A stretch of 64,000 nt of DNA, taken from Rhina ancylostomus (Eukaryota). The notes beneath the pieces were generated by a model, which was not told where the DNA came from, searched no databases, and saw nothing but the letters and a program-made list of their open reading frames with translations. Location of the stretch: assembly GCA_030265395.1 (NCBI GenBank), contig JARFYF010000071.1, positions 4,451,138 to 4,515,137 of the forward strand, given 5' to 3'. Position 1 is the first letter of the stretch; every line of letters begins with the position of its first letter. A program made the position numbers and the translations under genes. Positions 22,711 through 34,164 of this stretch are shown one piece after another.

Positions 22711-24246
22711 TTCAATGCCACATGTACTTCATTACAATGAGACACGTGTTTCTTCGTGATTTGGGAGGTTTATCTAGCGATTGACAAGCCATGATAGACC
22801 AGGAAGGTTGAGCCCTAGTCTTTTTGCATCAAAAGTCAAAATAGTTACCTGTGCAATTGGAAGAAAGTCCAGGGTTCTTCAACCTTATTGTTATTCAATG
22901 GCATTCACCAGTGAGTGAGTGGATGGAGGTAAGGAAGATGTGTCTCCATTGTGGTACCTCTTCCAGTCAAATATCGTGCCACCACTCATAACTAAGCCAG
23001 GCCAAGAATGTGACACCTGGCATGAGGGAATGTTCGATGACTGATGTCCATGGAACTGCGTCCCAAAAGGGTTGTAATCTTGAGGAATAAATTAATGAGA
23101 AAAATGTGGTGTAGGGGTGCAGGGTGAAAGAAAGAAAATAATAGGTTTAGCCATCTTACGAGAATGTTGTGCATCATCCCACCTCTGTCCCCTGTTGTCA
23201 CATACGTGTATTGTTTCCTGAATGAGACTTGTTGAATCTTTGATTTGATTCTGTTGGTTAATAACAAAATTTATATTTTCAGTCATACCAGTGCTGTTTC
23301 AGTTTTTTAATGGTCATCATTTTGCATTTTTTGTAACTGTTCAAGTTCCATTTTCTTATCATTGTATCTTCTGGGTTGTCATTGGATCTGAACGAAAGCA
23401 ACAACATTGTAAGATGAAGATGCCATAAGCAAAGAGAAAAGCACTTGGAGCTGTGTTTGCTTCTTGGTCTCGTGCCTCTTCCACTACGGGACTTCATTTG
23501 ACTGTCTGTGTGTTATTGAATTTGCTGATGCTGTACTGTGGGGAAGACTGAGCTTGCAATGAAGCCCGAAGCCAGCTGCAAATCTCTTTCCAGTGTTCAG
23601 TATGATGCTGTTTTTGGTAGTTCTACAATTGTATCTATATATATTTTACCTAGCTGAGTGGATGGTAATCTTATGAATTACTTAACCAATTTTGAAACTA
23701 CATGTCCAAAAGGTGCTACAAAATTTGGAAGAAGCCTGTTGCTAACAATTCTGTAGTTTTTCCAAAAGACAGGCCATCTTTAATAAATGTCCTTTAAGAC
23801 TTTTTTTGTTAGCACATCTTCAACCATCTAAGAACCTGACGGCTGTCTCCATTCACTTGTGGCTTTTAAGAATGTATAAGGGAGCGTTTGGTTTACTTTT
23901 GCCAGACCCTAAGTCCTGCCTCTTTCAGCCACCCTGTTGTTATGACCAGCCAAGTGTTCTCTTTCGTGAAAGTCCAGTGACTTCTTTGGTAGCTGAATCC
24001 TACCTTGAAGCTCCTGGAAAAATGTTCTCCCCTCAGTTTGGGCATCTTGATTATTGGCCTCCAGAGATTTCATTCCTGACTGAGGTCATGCTGCTCATGT
24101 CCCCTGTGGTTGTATCCTTTGGGTTCCATCCCTTGGATTATTCTTTGAAGGGGAGATCATGATCAGCAACACAGTATGACTGATTTGCAGCCAGCCTTCA
24201 AAAAAGCCTCAGTGTTTTGCCTCTTTATAATTTGCTGCTTGGGGTT

Positions 24247-24297
24247 TTCTCCATGGAAAACTGAAGGCCAGTGTGGCCTTCGGTTTTCCATGGGGAA
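24247..24297 (+). other. 24-bp RNA hairpin with a 3-nt loop
   Basis: ttctccatggaaaactgaaggcca-gtg-tggccttcggttttccatggggaa: 22 Watson-Crick pairs plus 2 U-G pairs on the + strand. Confidence 0.9.
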
Positions 24298-25273
24298 GCG
24301 TGTTGATTCACTGGGTGATTGGGTGATGAATTGAGGGGCAGCAAGTAGTGTGGGGGAGTTGAATGTTGCATCAGTAAATTAATTTCTGCCGATACGTTTC
24401 CTTGCACTGGTTCAGCACTTGTTTTTCTTCCCTCACCAGGGTAATTGAGAATTGCAAGGATGGGTGGTTGGAAACTCATTGACTTTGAAACTCAGGGAGA
24501 TAAATGAAGGAAGGGAACGTCACCTCTTGTAATCTTCCCGAAGACTTTGTCAACTTGACTCTCCTCCTCTGCCAGGCCAGGCTAGCATATGATGCCATTG
24601 ATGGAACAGGCCAGTCATGGTTCTCAGTTCTTCAGGAAGTGGAGAGAGAGGGAGGGTACTTCAAATACTGTATTATTGCAACTCCAGAACACACCCAGTC
24701 AGCTGGAAGTTTTATACTTTGGCGCAGCTTTTATCAGGGCTGTTCTGCCTGACTGATGGCTTTGAATGTGGGAAATGTAGCTTTGAAATTATTTGAAAGT
24801 AAGGGATAATTTTATCAAAAGGAAGTTCTTTCCCCTGCTTGTCTTTTTACAGTGCGATTGGACTGTGTGTCACATAATGTTGAGTACTAATATTTCAGAA
24901 CTGTAAGTTATGCCTTCAGTCANNNNNNNNNNNNNNNNNNNNNNNNNNNNNNNNNNNNNNNNNNNNNNNNNNNNNNNNNNNNNNNNNNNNNNNNNNNNNN
25001 NNNNNNNNNNNNNNNNNNNNNNTAAGTTATGCCTTCTGTGAGTTCAATCAAGAAAGCAGTGTGTCTTTTTCACCATGTACCCCTTTCACAGTCCCACCCA
25101 CCCTAAGTGAGCAAAGGTGATCATTTGATTCCCTTAAAGCACTGTGACTGCCCTTCATAGCAGTTATAATTAATTTGGACATGCCCAACTTTGCGTATGG
25201 TTTCAACACAACCACAGCAAATGAGCACATTTAAAGATGTTATTGAGCAAACTCTTGCGTCTTGTTTTTAAAG

Positions 25274-25848
25274 GCAAACGGATCCATGTCCAGCTGTCGA
25301 GAAGTCGGCTCCGGACACAACCAGGGATGGGCGACAAAAACGGCTGTTTTCGGTGTGGTAAAGAGGGCCACTGGTCTAAAGAATGCCCCAAAGATCGCGG
25401 TGGTTTCGAAGGTGGATTCCCTTGCGACTACCCCCAACCTTACTCAGTGCGGCCCATGTCGGCGTACGGAGAGCGTCCGGTGTACGACGAGCGGTATGGG
25501 ATGGCTGAGCACTACGAGAGCTATTTGGCACAGCCATATGCGCCAATGGGAGATCCCTACTATGATCGCCGGTCAACTCAGCTTCCACCTATAGGCACCC
25601 CGATGAGCGATTGCGTCCCTGGTGGGTTAGACCCCTATGGGAGGCACGCTGTGCCGCCTCCGTCCCCTTCCTATTACAACAGGGATAGGAGCCCTCTGCG
25701 TCGGATGCCCATGGCTGCCTCAAGCACTGGATATGGGTTTGATTACACACAAGTCACTTCGGCAGCAATGTCCACTAGATCTCCGTATGACGTGCCAAGC
25801 ACAGCGGGGAATGCCTACGTGGACCGCATGCAGTACTCTATGTTCTGA
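25274..25848 (+). CDS. RBM4: RBM4-like coding exon 3 (CCHC zinc knuckle plus low-complexity C-terminus)
   Basis: tttttaaag|GC: [39 protein letters not shown]...RDRSPLRR...[10 protein letters not shown]. Donor aag|gtgagg lies 7 nt after the stop. Confidence 0.95.
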
Positions 25849-26669
25849 TCCAAAGGTGAGGCACTATCCGCTTTCCAACTGCAGATGTGTGTCTGACATT
25901 GCAGACTTGGCTTACTCAGTGGCTAATGCTTAAGGGACCATCAGGTTTCCTTGCCTCCTACTCACCACCTTCTCCCAAATCCAGCTGGCCCCATCCATGT
26001 TTTTTTTTCATCCCCACTTTCTGTTCAAGTATCTTGGGGTTGCAAATGTAGGCCTTGGCACTCTTGGGTTGTGGAGGGGTGGGGGGAATGTAGATTGGTT
26101 GAAGGAACTGCTTCTGATCGCTGCCTCGTTCTTCCCCCGATCTGCTGGAGGTTTTTGGGAACTCGGTATGATAGTTGGATCAAAATGGGTTATATATCCC
26201 CATGGCTGTTGAAACACCTTCTGCTGTACATTTCTTAAGGTTCCTATGTGAACTGGGGGCAGAAGGTGTCTATTGGAAGTAGTAGTGGAGTGTAACAGTA
26301 AGGTCAAAGTCTTTGGGTGAGGACAGGTGGAGAATATTGACCAGACACCTGGTATAACGCACAGTAGCCTTCCTCGTTATTGATATGTAGTTGATTTATG
26401 CTACTATAATCTCAACCAGTAAATGCTTTTGCCAGAATTAGCGAAGAACTCAACTTTTTTTTTCCTCTCTGTTGCCAAGGACCTCTTTTGTTGTGCATTA
26501 GTCACTGGATATCTTCAAGTCTGTCTCTCACATGGCTCGTGTAGGACAGGGTGAAATAACTGCGTGTTTCAGGGCAATCGAGTCAGGCTGCTGACACAAG
26601 GTGAAACCTGTGCCTTTTTATATGGAAATAAAAATTGATGTCCATGTGTGCTTCTTTTATTTCTTGCAG

Positions 26670-27050
26670 GAGTGGTAATTATCCCTTGACAAGAGAGTCG
26701 GGTTTCTCAATACACATGCAAATCTTCGGGTTGTAAGGGATGTGTTCATCGCCTGGATGTAGAGCAAAAGATGTTTGGTGTGATACAATACCCCAATATT
26801 TTTTTAAAGAAATCAATAAAATATACCTTGGTTCCTGACCTGAACTCCTTTCCTCCATTGTGACAGAGACCAATCTTTCTGAAGCCTGGTCTTGTTCTGC
26901 CTGTATTTTCTTACCATTTTGGTAATGTTCTTTGTGCTAGTTAGGAGTATATTGCGCATCTGTCAGTAGTTAGAAAATATACTTATTTTTAGTTATGCAT
27001 TTCCTTGTATTAAAAGCTTAACAATAAATACCGGGAATTCCACATTCAGT
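26670..27050 (+). other. RBM4-like non-coding terminal exon (3'UTR) with poly(A) signals
   Basis: Strong acceptor cttcttttatttcttgcag|g at 26669. AATAAA at 26815 and 27023, the second followed by a GU-rich tract. Confidence 0.7.
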
Positions 27051-29219
27051 TTCTGGCTCTGTGTTGCTGCTTTATGTTTGATCCTTTTGCTGTCTCCCTT
27101 TTGAATTGTGTGAGATGAGCTACATCTTTGCTGTAGGTCACAAGGCCGCTTCAGGCAATTGCGTCAAGGCCAGACATCTGAGTAGTAGCACTTGCCCTCA
27201 CGGACTCTGGGACTGCAAGTACTGCTCCTAGTTTGCCTCTAGTTAGCTGATCTGTGCTGCCCATCGACTTCCTTTTGAGAAATGCTGTTGTACAAGGGTG
27301 AGGTGGAGGCAGGATGTGGTCAGGTTGAATACCTTGGCTGCCGTTCAATCTCAAGGTTCAGTATGCAATGAATTGTTGCTTGGATTGAGAACACACCAAT
27401 CAACCAAATATTTTAGTCTGAGATTCAATATAAAAGTACTTAATTGATTTGGATGGGTTCTCAACCCAAGTAACCACTCCACGATAGTTTTGTAAGACTC
27501 TTGAGTTTGGCTTATGATGGGGCTGTGTGATGCCCCAGATTCTAATTTTGAATCTTGTTGCATCAGTGGTGAAAACTATTAACAATAAATAACTTGAAGC
27601 AGGACGAGTGGCGTGGGCAGTGGATAGTCATGGAGGGGCTGTGACTCTGGTGTTTTTTCTCAGCCCTCCCCCCACCCCACCCCTTTTGCTTGGAAGAGCT
27701 CGTACATCTCCAGACACTGTTTAATAATCATCGATTTCAGTTTCCATGCTTGCTTGTTTTCTACATGTTCTCTTCTGATCTGCTAACCAACTTTGCTAAG
27801 CCAGTCTTTATCTGCAAATCTGAAATGGTACATTCAGTTAACTATTCACTGCAAGACTGTAAGTTTAGCTGAGCNNNNNNNNNNNNNNNNNNNNNNNNNN
27901 NNNNNNNNNNNNNNNNNNNNNNNNNNNNNNNNNNNNNNNNNNNNNNNNNNNNNNNNNNNNNNNNNNNNNNNNNNAGCCACCCCCGCCCCCCCCCCCCCCC
28001 GATGTCCGTGTACCTTTTTGCTTTGCAGCACAGATCATGAGATTTTTCCCTTGCCCCTTACCCTCCCAACCACATCTCTCCCCAAGGCCAGATATTGTTG
28101 TGATGCTACAGCCCAGATGTTTTAGATTACTGACGTCGCCAATGGGTTAAACTGAGAGTTGTCTTGTTATTGATATAGTTGTATAAAGTTATAGTTGTAG
28201 TCATGGGGCCCATTGTTTGTGCTGATTTATAAGCCGACATTTGTTTGTCAGATGTCACTGTGGGCCTTGGTCAGTTTGTCTCTCTGGGAGAAGTGTGGAG
28301 TTGTTTATGCTTGCAGCCGCAAAGTCTTTGTGAATCAAAATTGTAGACTGTCAGAGTCGAGCAGATAGTCAGTATCTTGTCGCCTCTTACTGCGAAAGTG
28401 GGATTGGAGTAGCTTTATACATTATGTTGTGGGTCTATAAGCTTCTAGTGTAACCTCAGCACATTTAGTTAAGCACCTGTCTGCTGTTTTGGTGATAGTA
28501 TTAAACTTTTGCAATTGGTTATTTTCTGTTAAATAGTAGTTGAGCAGCAATGTTTATTTTTAAGCTAACAATTTCAGCTAAACACTAAAGTTCAGTCATT
28601 GTCCTCCAATGCTCGCTGCAATTATTGTGCAGTGTTTAATGTTTGACCAAAAACTTAAAAATGCCCAATTAAAATTCCATTTAATTTAGTTCAGACATAA
28701 TCACCCCAATTTGTCCTTTCAGGTCCTCTAACACAGGTATGTGATCTCTGTTAGGTATCTCTGTGTGAGAGGAAATCAATACAAAGGTACTTAGTACATT
28801 GAGATTGGGCCCTTGTGGATCAAAGAAGTTGTATTCATGATTTATATATGGAAATTTGCATAATTATTTCTGTTTTTCTCGCTTTAGCTTTTGCTACATT
28901 TGTTGCTTTATTTGGAGACCTGATTTGTGGGCAGTTTGGGAAGGTTCATTTGGTATTGGAGATGAGATTTTTCTACTTGGCTGGAATTTTCTATTGAAAT
29001 TATTATACACTTCCATGGGGGAAAAAGATCAAAAATCAAAGTTGTGGAACTTATGGGCAGCACTACTTCCTCATTGTAAACAATTCTTGCCTGTTGTGCA
29101 GAGGCAAAAAGAATCTCTGGAGATCTACTGTTGAGAGCCTTGGTCTAGCAAAAAAATGTTCTTCAAGCAATGTATAGTTTTTGTTGGACTCTCGCTTTCC
29201 CTCTCTTCCTCTCTCCTTA

Positions 29220-29460
29220 CAGAACTGGGGGAACCGCTAAGGTTATTGGTGGAAAGATTAGAACAGAGTTGAGGAAAAATGTTTTCACCCTGAATGAGGT
29301 GAAGTTCTGAGGGTCACTGCCTGAAAGAGTGCCAGGGGCAGACACCCTAATCGCACTTAATAAGTTACCTGAACATGCTGTTCAATTGCCTGTAGAGCTT
29401 TGTATGATAGTTGGCTGGCAGAGACAATGTGAACTAAACGGCCTCCTCTGTTGCAAATTT
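29220..29460 (+). mobile_element. CR1-type LINE 3' end fragment
   Basis: gaactggggg...gaggaaaaatgttttcaccctga...tcactgcctgaaagagtg, matching the RKNFFTQRVVxxWNxLP region. Confidence 0.65.
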
Positions 29461-31344
29461 TTATAACTTTGTTCAGTTCACATACATTTTCATCTGGTCA
29501 GATTTCTGGGGTAAAGGAGGGAGTGCAGAGATAGAACTTTGATGTTTAATATTAAGGGACAATCACTTTAAAATAGATTGCTCACATGGGAAGTACCAGC
29601 CCTTGATGTCTTCCAAACCCATACAGATTTCAAAACTTAGTCTACCCATCTGATCGATCCAAGCTGACTGGTATGGCCTAACAATTGGCTTAAGGACCAG
29701 TCCTTGAAAGGTTTCTATTGGTAGTAATCTTGCCAGAGAGCTACTGCTGAGTTGCCTTGAGTGAATTATCCTGTGGAGCCCTTGTTTCAGTTTGTAACCT
29801 GCTCCTGATCTCACACTGTCTCTCTAAAATAATCCAAAATGTATCCTTCATTTTACTTGAGTGCAGGAAAATGGGAGCAGGAGTAGACCCGTGGCCCCGG
29901 AGACTTGTCTCGCCATTCAATATGATCATGGCTGATCCATCCTGGACCTTAATTCCTCTTCTGTGCCAGATCCCCATGGCCCTCAATCCCCTGATTTTTC
30001 AAACATTTATTTAGGTCCACTTCAAAAACTTACAATATCTTCACTTATGGCTTTATAGCTTTGACAACTCTGAGGTAGAAAATTCACTATGTGAGAAAAA
30101 CTATTCTACATATTTAAATAAAAATAGGACAAAGGGGGCGGATCAACTTTCTTAATTGATGTCATTTTCAAAGCTACAAGGCCAATTTGAATTAACAGCA
30201 TTGGTAAGACTTTATTAAATTGTGCTAAATCTTTTACCAGTCAACCGCAAAAGATTAGAAACAGAAAATTGTAACTATAATTAAAAATCTGTAATTAAAA
30301 AAACACTTCTTGACAGACCTGTTGGTGTAGAAGGCAGGATGTAACATAAGTAATTTTAATGTTCATTGTCTGGAATGGAAGTTCAGTACAGACACACCTT
30401 CTGCTTCCCAAATGGCCACACGTGACAATCACACTCTGGTATTGTGTTATCAAGTCATTCAGTTGTGAAGGGCAAGGTAGAGTGCAACCTTGTCCAAACC
30501 CAATATCCTCAATAGTTCTCTCCTGAGCAGGAGTCACCAGATCACAAAGAAAAAGTCTTCAGTGACGAGGCTGAACGAGCTGATCTGTGAGAAAGGAGAG
30601 TGGAGTCAGGGGTAGGAGGGATGGTGGCCAGATGTCGCTGTGGGCCTTGGTCAGTTCGGGATGGGATGGTGAGATCGACTCTGTATTTTTAAAAGATTTT
30701 CGTAGACTTTGAGGACCAAGAAATGTGCATTTTACGTGGATGGATTTTGACTGTATGGTACATCATAGCATTGTGAAAACCTGAGCAATACTCTCCTATT
30801 TATATTAATATTCTTATTAAGGGATAGTTAGTGTGTTTGTAGCTGGCTGGTCTTACTAATCTTTTAGTTGTGGGCACATGCATGTGAAAAGGGAGAGCAG
30901 TGTTTAGTTTGGTTTTGATGCACCATTGTACTTGAACAACTGATTGTCCTAGATTGTATGTGAGGTCGCTGATTTGGGTGCCTAAGGTGGTCACTGCAGC
31001 ATAGGAATGGAGAAGGGAGTGGGGAAACATGCCTCTGAATGCATAATTTAATCTGCAAGAAGACCTCTCATTGGATGAGTTGGAATATCTCAACCAGGGC
31101 AGCCAATGGAGATGTGTCTTGGAAGAAAAGCAGTGCAAATATTTTTTTTGATTATTGAACTAATACTGCCTATTTTACACAGATAGGACCAGTCTGCAGG
31201 AACTGCTGTTCTCAAAAGATAAAGGGAATGATGTAGGGTGTAGGGTTGTGGAATTGCTTATCTGCATTGTCCAAATCCCCGCCAAAGTGAATTTTAAGAT
31301 CATTCAAACAAAAGTTTGTCCTTTTCCATTCATGAATTTTTTTT

Positions 31345-31625
31345 AACTTATTTTGACACGGAAGGAAGCCATTAAACCTAGCAGGTCCTTGCCAGCTCCC
31401 GAACTGAGTGATCCCACCAGTCTCATTCCCCCTCTCCCTACTTCCCTGTATCCTGCAACTTATTCTCTCCAACATGCCAATAAACTTTTTTTCTTCCCCT
31501 TTTTGCCATATGCCTATACTGAGAGGTAATTTACAGTAGCCAGGTAACCAGCCAGCTACATCTTTGGGATCTGGGAAATAACCAGTACACCTGGTGGAAA
31601 CCTGGGCAGTCGCAGTGGAAGTAGT
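31345..31625 (-). mobile_element. Decayed V-SINE/HE1-like SINE
   Basis: tctttgggatctgggaaataaccagtacacctggtggaaacc matches the central domain of the copy at 42600-42650. Confidence 0.55.
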
Positions 31626-32756
31626 ACAGACTGTAATGGGCAACACCATTACAGACTGTAATGTTTCTGCTGTGACCATTTACTTATCTTCTGACCCTGT
31701 TATAACTTTTATTTCTCAAGTTCGACTCATTGCTACTTCCTTTGTACCACCATTATTGCTTCTGTCCAGTTATTTTCATTCCTAGTTATATTTACTTTTT
31801 CTTTCCCACGTCCATCTCCCTGACTGTGTTTATTCTTGTATACTGTTCACCTGCAACATCTTCCCACTTGAAATACTAAATACACCTCCCTCTGCCAATA
31901 AATATTGCCAAACCTATAATTTCTGGCATGTTCTGTTTTTTGTTTCAACTTTTCAGTATTTATTTTTTTTAATGAACCCATGAAATGTTCTTGTCTCTGT
32001 CACCAGATGGGGCTGTTATTCTAAGTGGTTTTGACATGTCACATTTTCAATAGTGTGGTCCAGTTATTGTCTACATGTTAATAATTTGACCGTTTTCTCA
32101 AACTACCCAAAAACTTGTTTCTCACTTTCATTATATTCTTGGTTTCTTATAATTTTTGGTACTTCATTTTTGTTTTCATGCTGAAGATAAGTGCAGAATA
32201 TTTGATTAATGTCTCAACCATTTCCTTTTTCCACATTATAATCTTTCCTGCCTCAAGGGATACACTAATACCATTAAAAATTCTGTGAGGCCAGATGGAG
32301 TTTGTAGAATTGATGGATTGAGATCAGTGTGCAGGGTCTGTCAAATGTTGGTCATTTATGACTGCAATGAGCAATATCTTTATGCTAGTGTTGTAATTCT
32401 TTTGAATCTTTATTTCAGAGGTTTGCGGATGCTCAGTGGTTGAGTATATTAATGACCAAGGTAAATTTTTAGGATAATTGAAGGGGAGGGGACCAAGCAG
32501 GAAGGTGGGAGCTGAGGCCAAGATCAGACCTGCCATGGACGTACTGAGGGGTTGAACACGCTTAAGGGGCCAGATAATCACTGCCCCTTTCATATACACT
32601 CATGACCTGCAGTTACCTCTGCTATTCTTTTATGTACTTGCGGAAAATCCTACAATCAGTTCTTTATTCCTCGCGAGTTTATCTCGTATTCAAAATTCTC
32701 CAGCCGTTCTTTTTGGTTGCCTGTCGCTGCTTCCTCAAACACTCCCACTCATGGGG

Positions 32757-32840
32757 CAATGAACAAACTGCTGGAAGAACTCAATGGGTGAGAGGAAAGG
32801 AATCGTTGATGTTTCGGGTCTAAACCCTACATCAGGGTGC
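32757..32840 (-). mobile_element. Penelope-type terminal repeat fragment with a hammerhead-like motif
   Basis: Minus strand reads ccCTGATGtaGGGTttagACCCGAAACatcaac...gagttcttccagcag. Confidence 0.55.
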
Positions 32841-34164
32841 AGGAGATCCCCCTTGATTTCCACCACCGCCCCTGCCCCTCGATGCTAAGTGGTCAGTCCT
32901 CAGCAGAGGCCTCCCCTTTGTACCCCTGTGCCCCCTCCTCAGTGAGCTCTGAGCTCGCCATGATGTGGGGCTCTTCTTCCATTGTGTCTGCCTCTGAGCC
33001 TTTTTCTTTGGCAAGGAGTGTCACCCCCCCACCCCCCGCCCCCCCCACTGCATTAATTGTGCATGTTATTGTGAATAAAGAATCCTTTTTCTCCCCCCAA
33101 GCTTTCTTCCTAAGTTCAGACAACCTCTGCGTTGTGGGAGTTGGGTGGGGTTGCATTCCCAGAAGTCTGTCTTAGAACGTAGAACATTACAGCACAGTTC
33201 AGGCCCTTCAGCCCACAATCTCGTGCTGACATTTTATCCTGCTCTAAGATCTATCTAACCCTTCCCTCCCACATAGCCCTCCATTTTTCTGTCATTCATG
33301 TGNNNNNNNNNNNNNNNNNNNNNNNNNNNNNNNNNNNNNNNNNNNNNNNNNNNNNNNNNNNNNNNNNNNNNNNNNNNNNNNNNNNNNNNNNNNNNNNNNN
33401 NNCTGATGACCCCTTCTCACATTCCCCTCCTCCAACCCTTGTACCCTCTCTCAACCTTTTCATCTCTAATTGTCACTTGATTTCAGCATCTGCATTCTCT
33501 TATGACTCCCAATCCTTGGCTGCTTTCCATATCTTTAGTTAGCTATTGTTGAAGTCCATATTTTGCAATGGAAATTAAGGGACTGAAAAGTTTACAAATT
33601 CTCTGGATCAGATAACCGAACTCCCAGGAGACCAAAAGATGTTGCTGCATAAAGAGTTCATGCATGAATTGTGACCTTTCAAAATTCCTCAGATCTTTTT
33701 GGAATAGTTCCAGCACATTAGAAACTACTCTTCAAGAAAGGATGGGGAGACTAAATAGGGATATGGTGGCTATATTATTAGGGAGCCTTGTATTAGTGAT
33801 CCAAAGAATTGAGTTCAGATATTACCATGACAATTCAGATTGGACAAGGTCATAAATAACCTTATTGAATGGTGAAACAAACAGAAGTCCTCACATCCTC
33901 ACCTTGTTCTTTGCTATATTGACCAGTTAAATTACTAGTAAAATGTAGAATGTAATATTGTGGTTTAGTCAAAAGGCACATATAAAATAATTAAATGGTT
34001 AGGCAGAGTCATCAAAGGGAAGTCAATGCAGAAAATGGATAAGATGCTCACTTAAGGTTGTATGTAAAAGAAGGGCTGACCAGGTGTGTTTACGTGTTAA
34101 TATGGATAGAGGATCAGTTGAAGGACAGAAAACGGGTAGAATATGTGTCGCTTTTAGATTGATA

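Noticed and set aside
24320-24400. GTGATGA C-box-like heptamer suggesting an intronic C/D snoRNA
   Set aside because: No suitably placed CTGA D box with a terminal stem.
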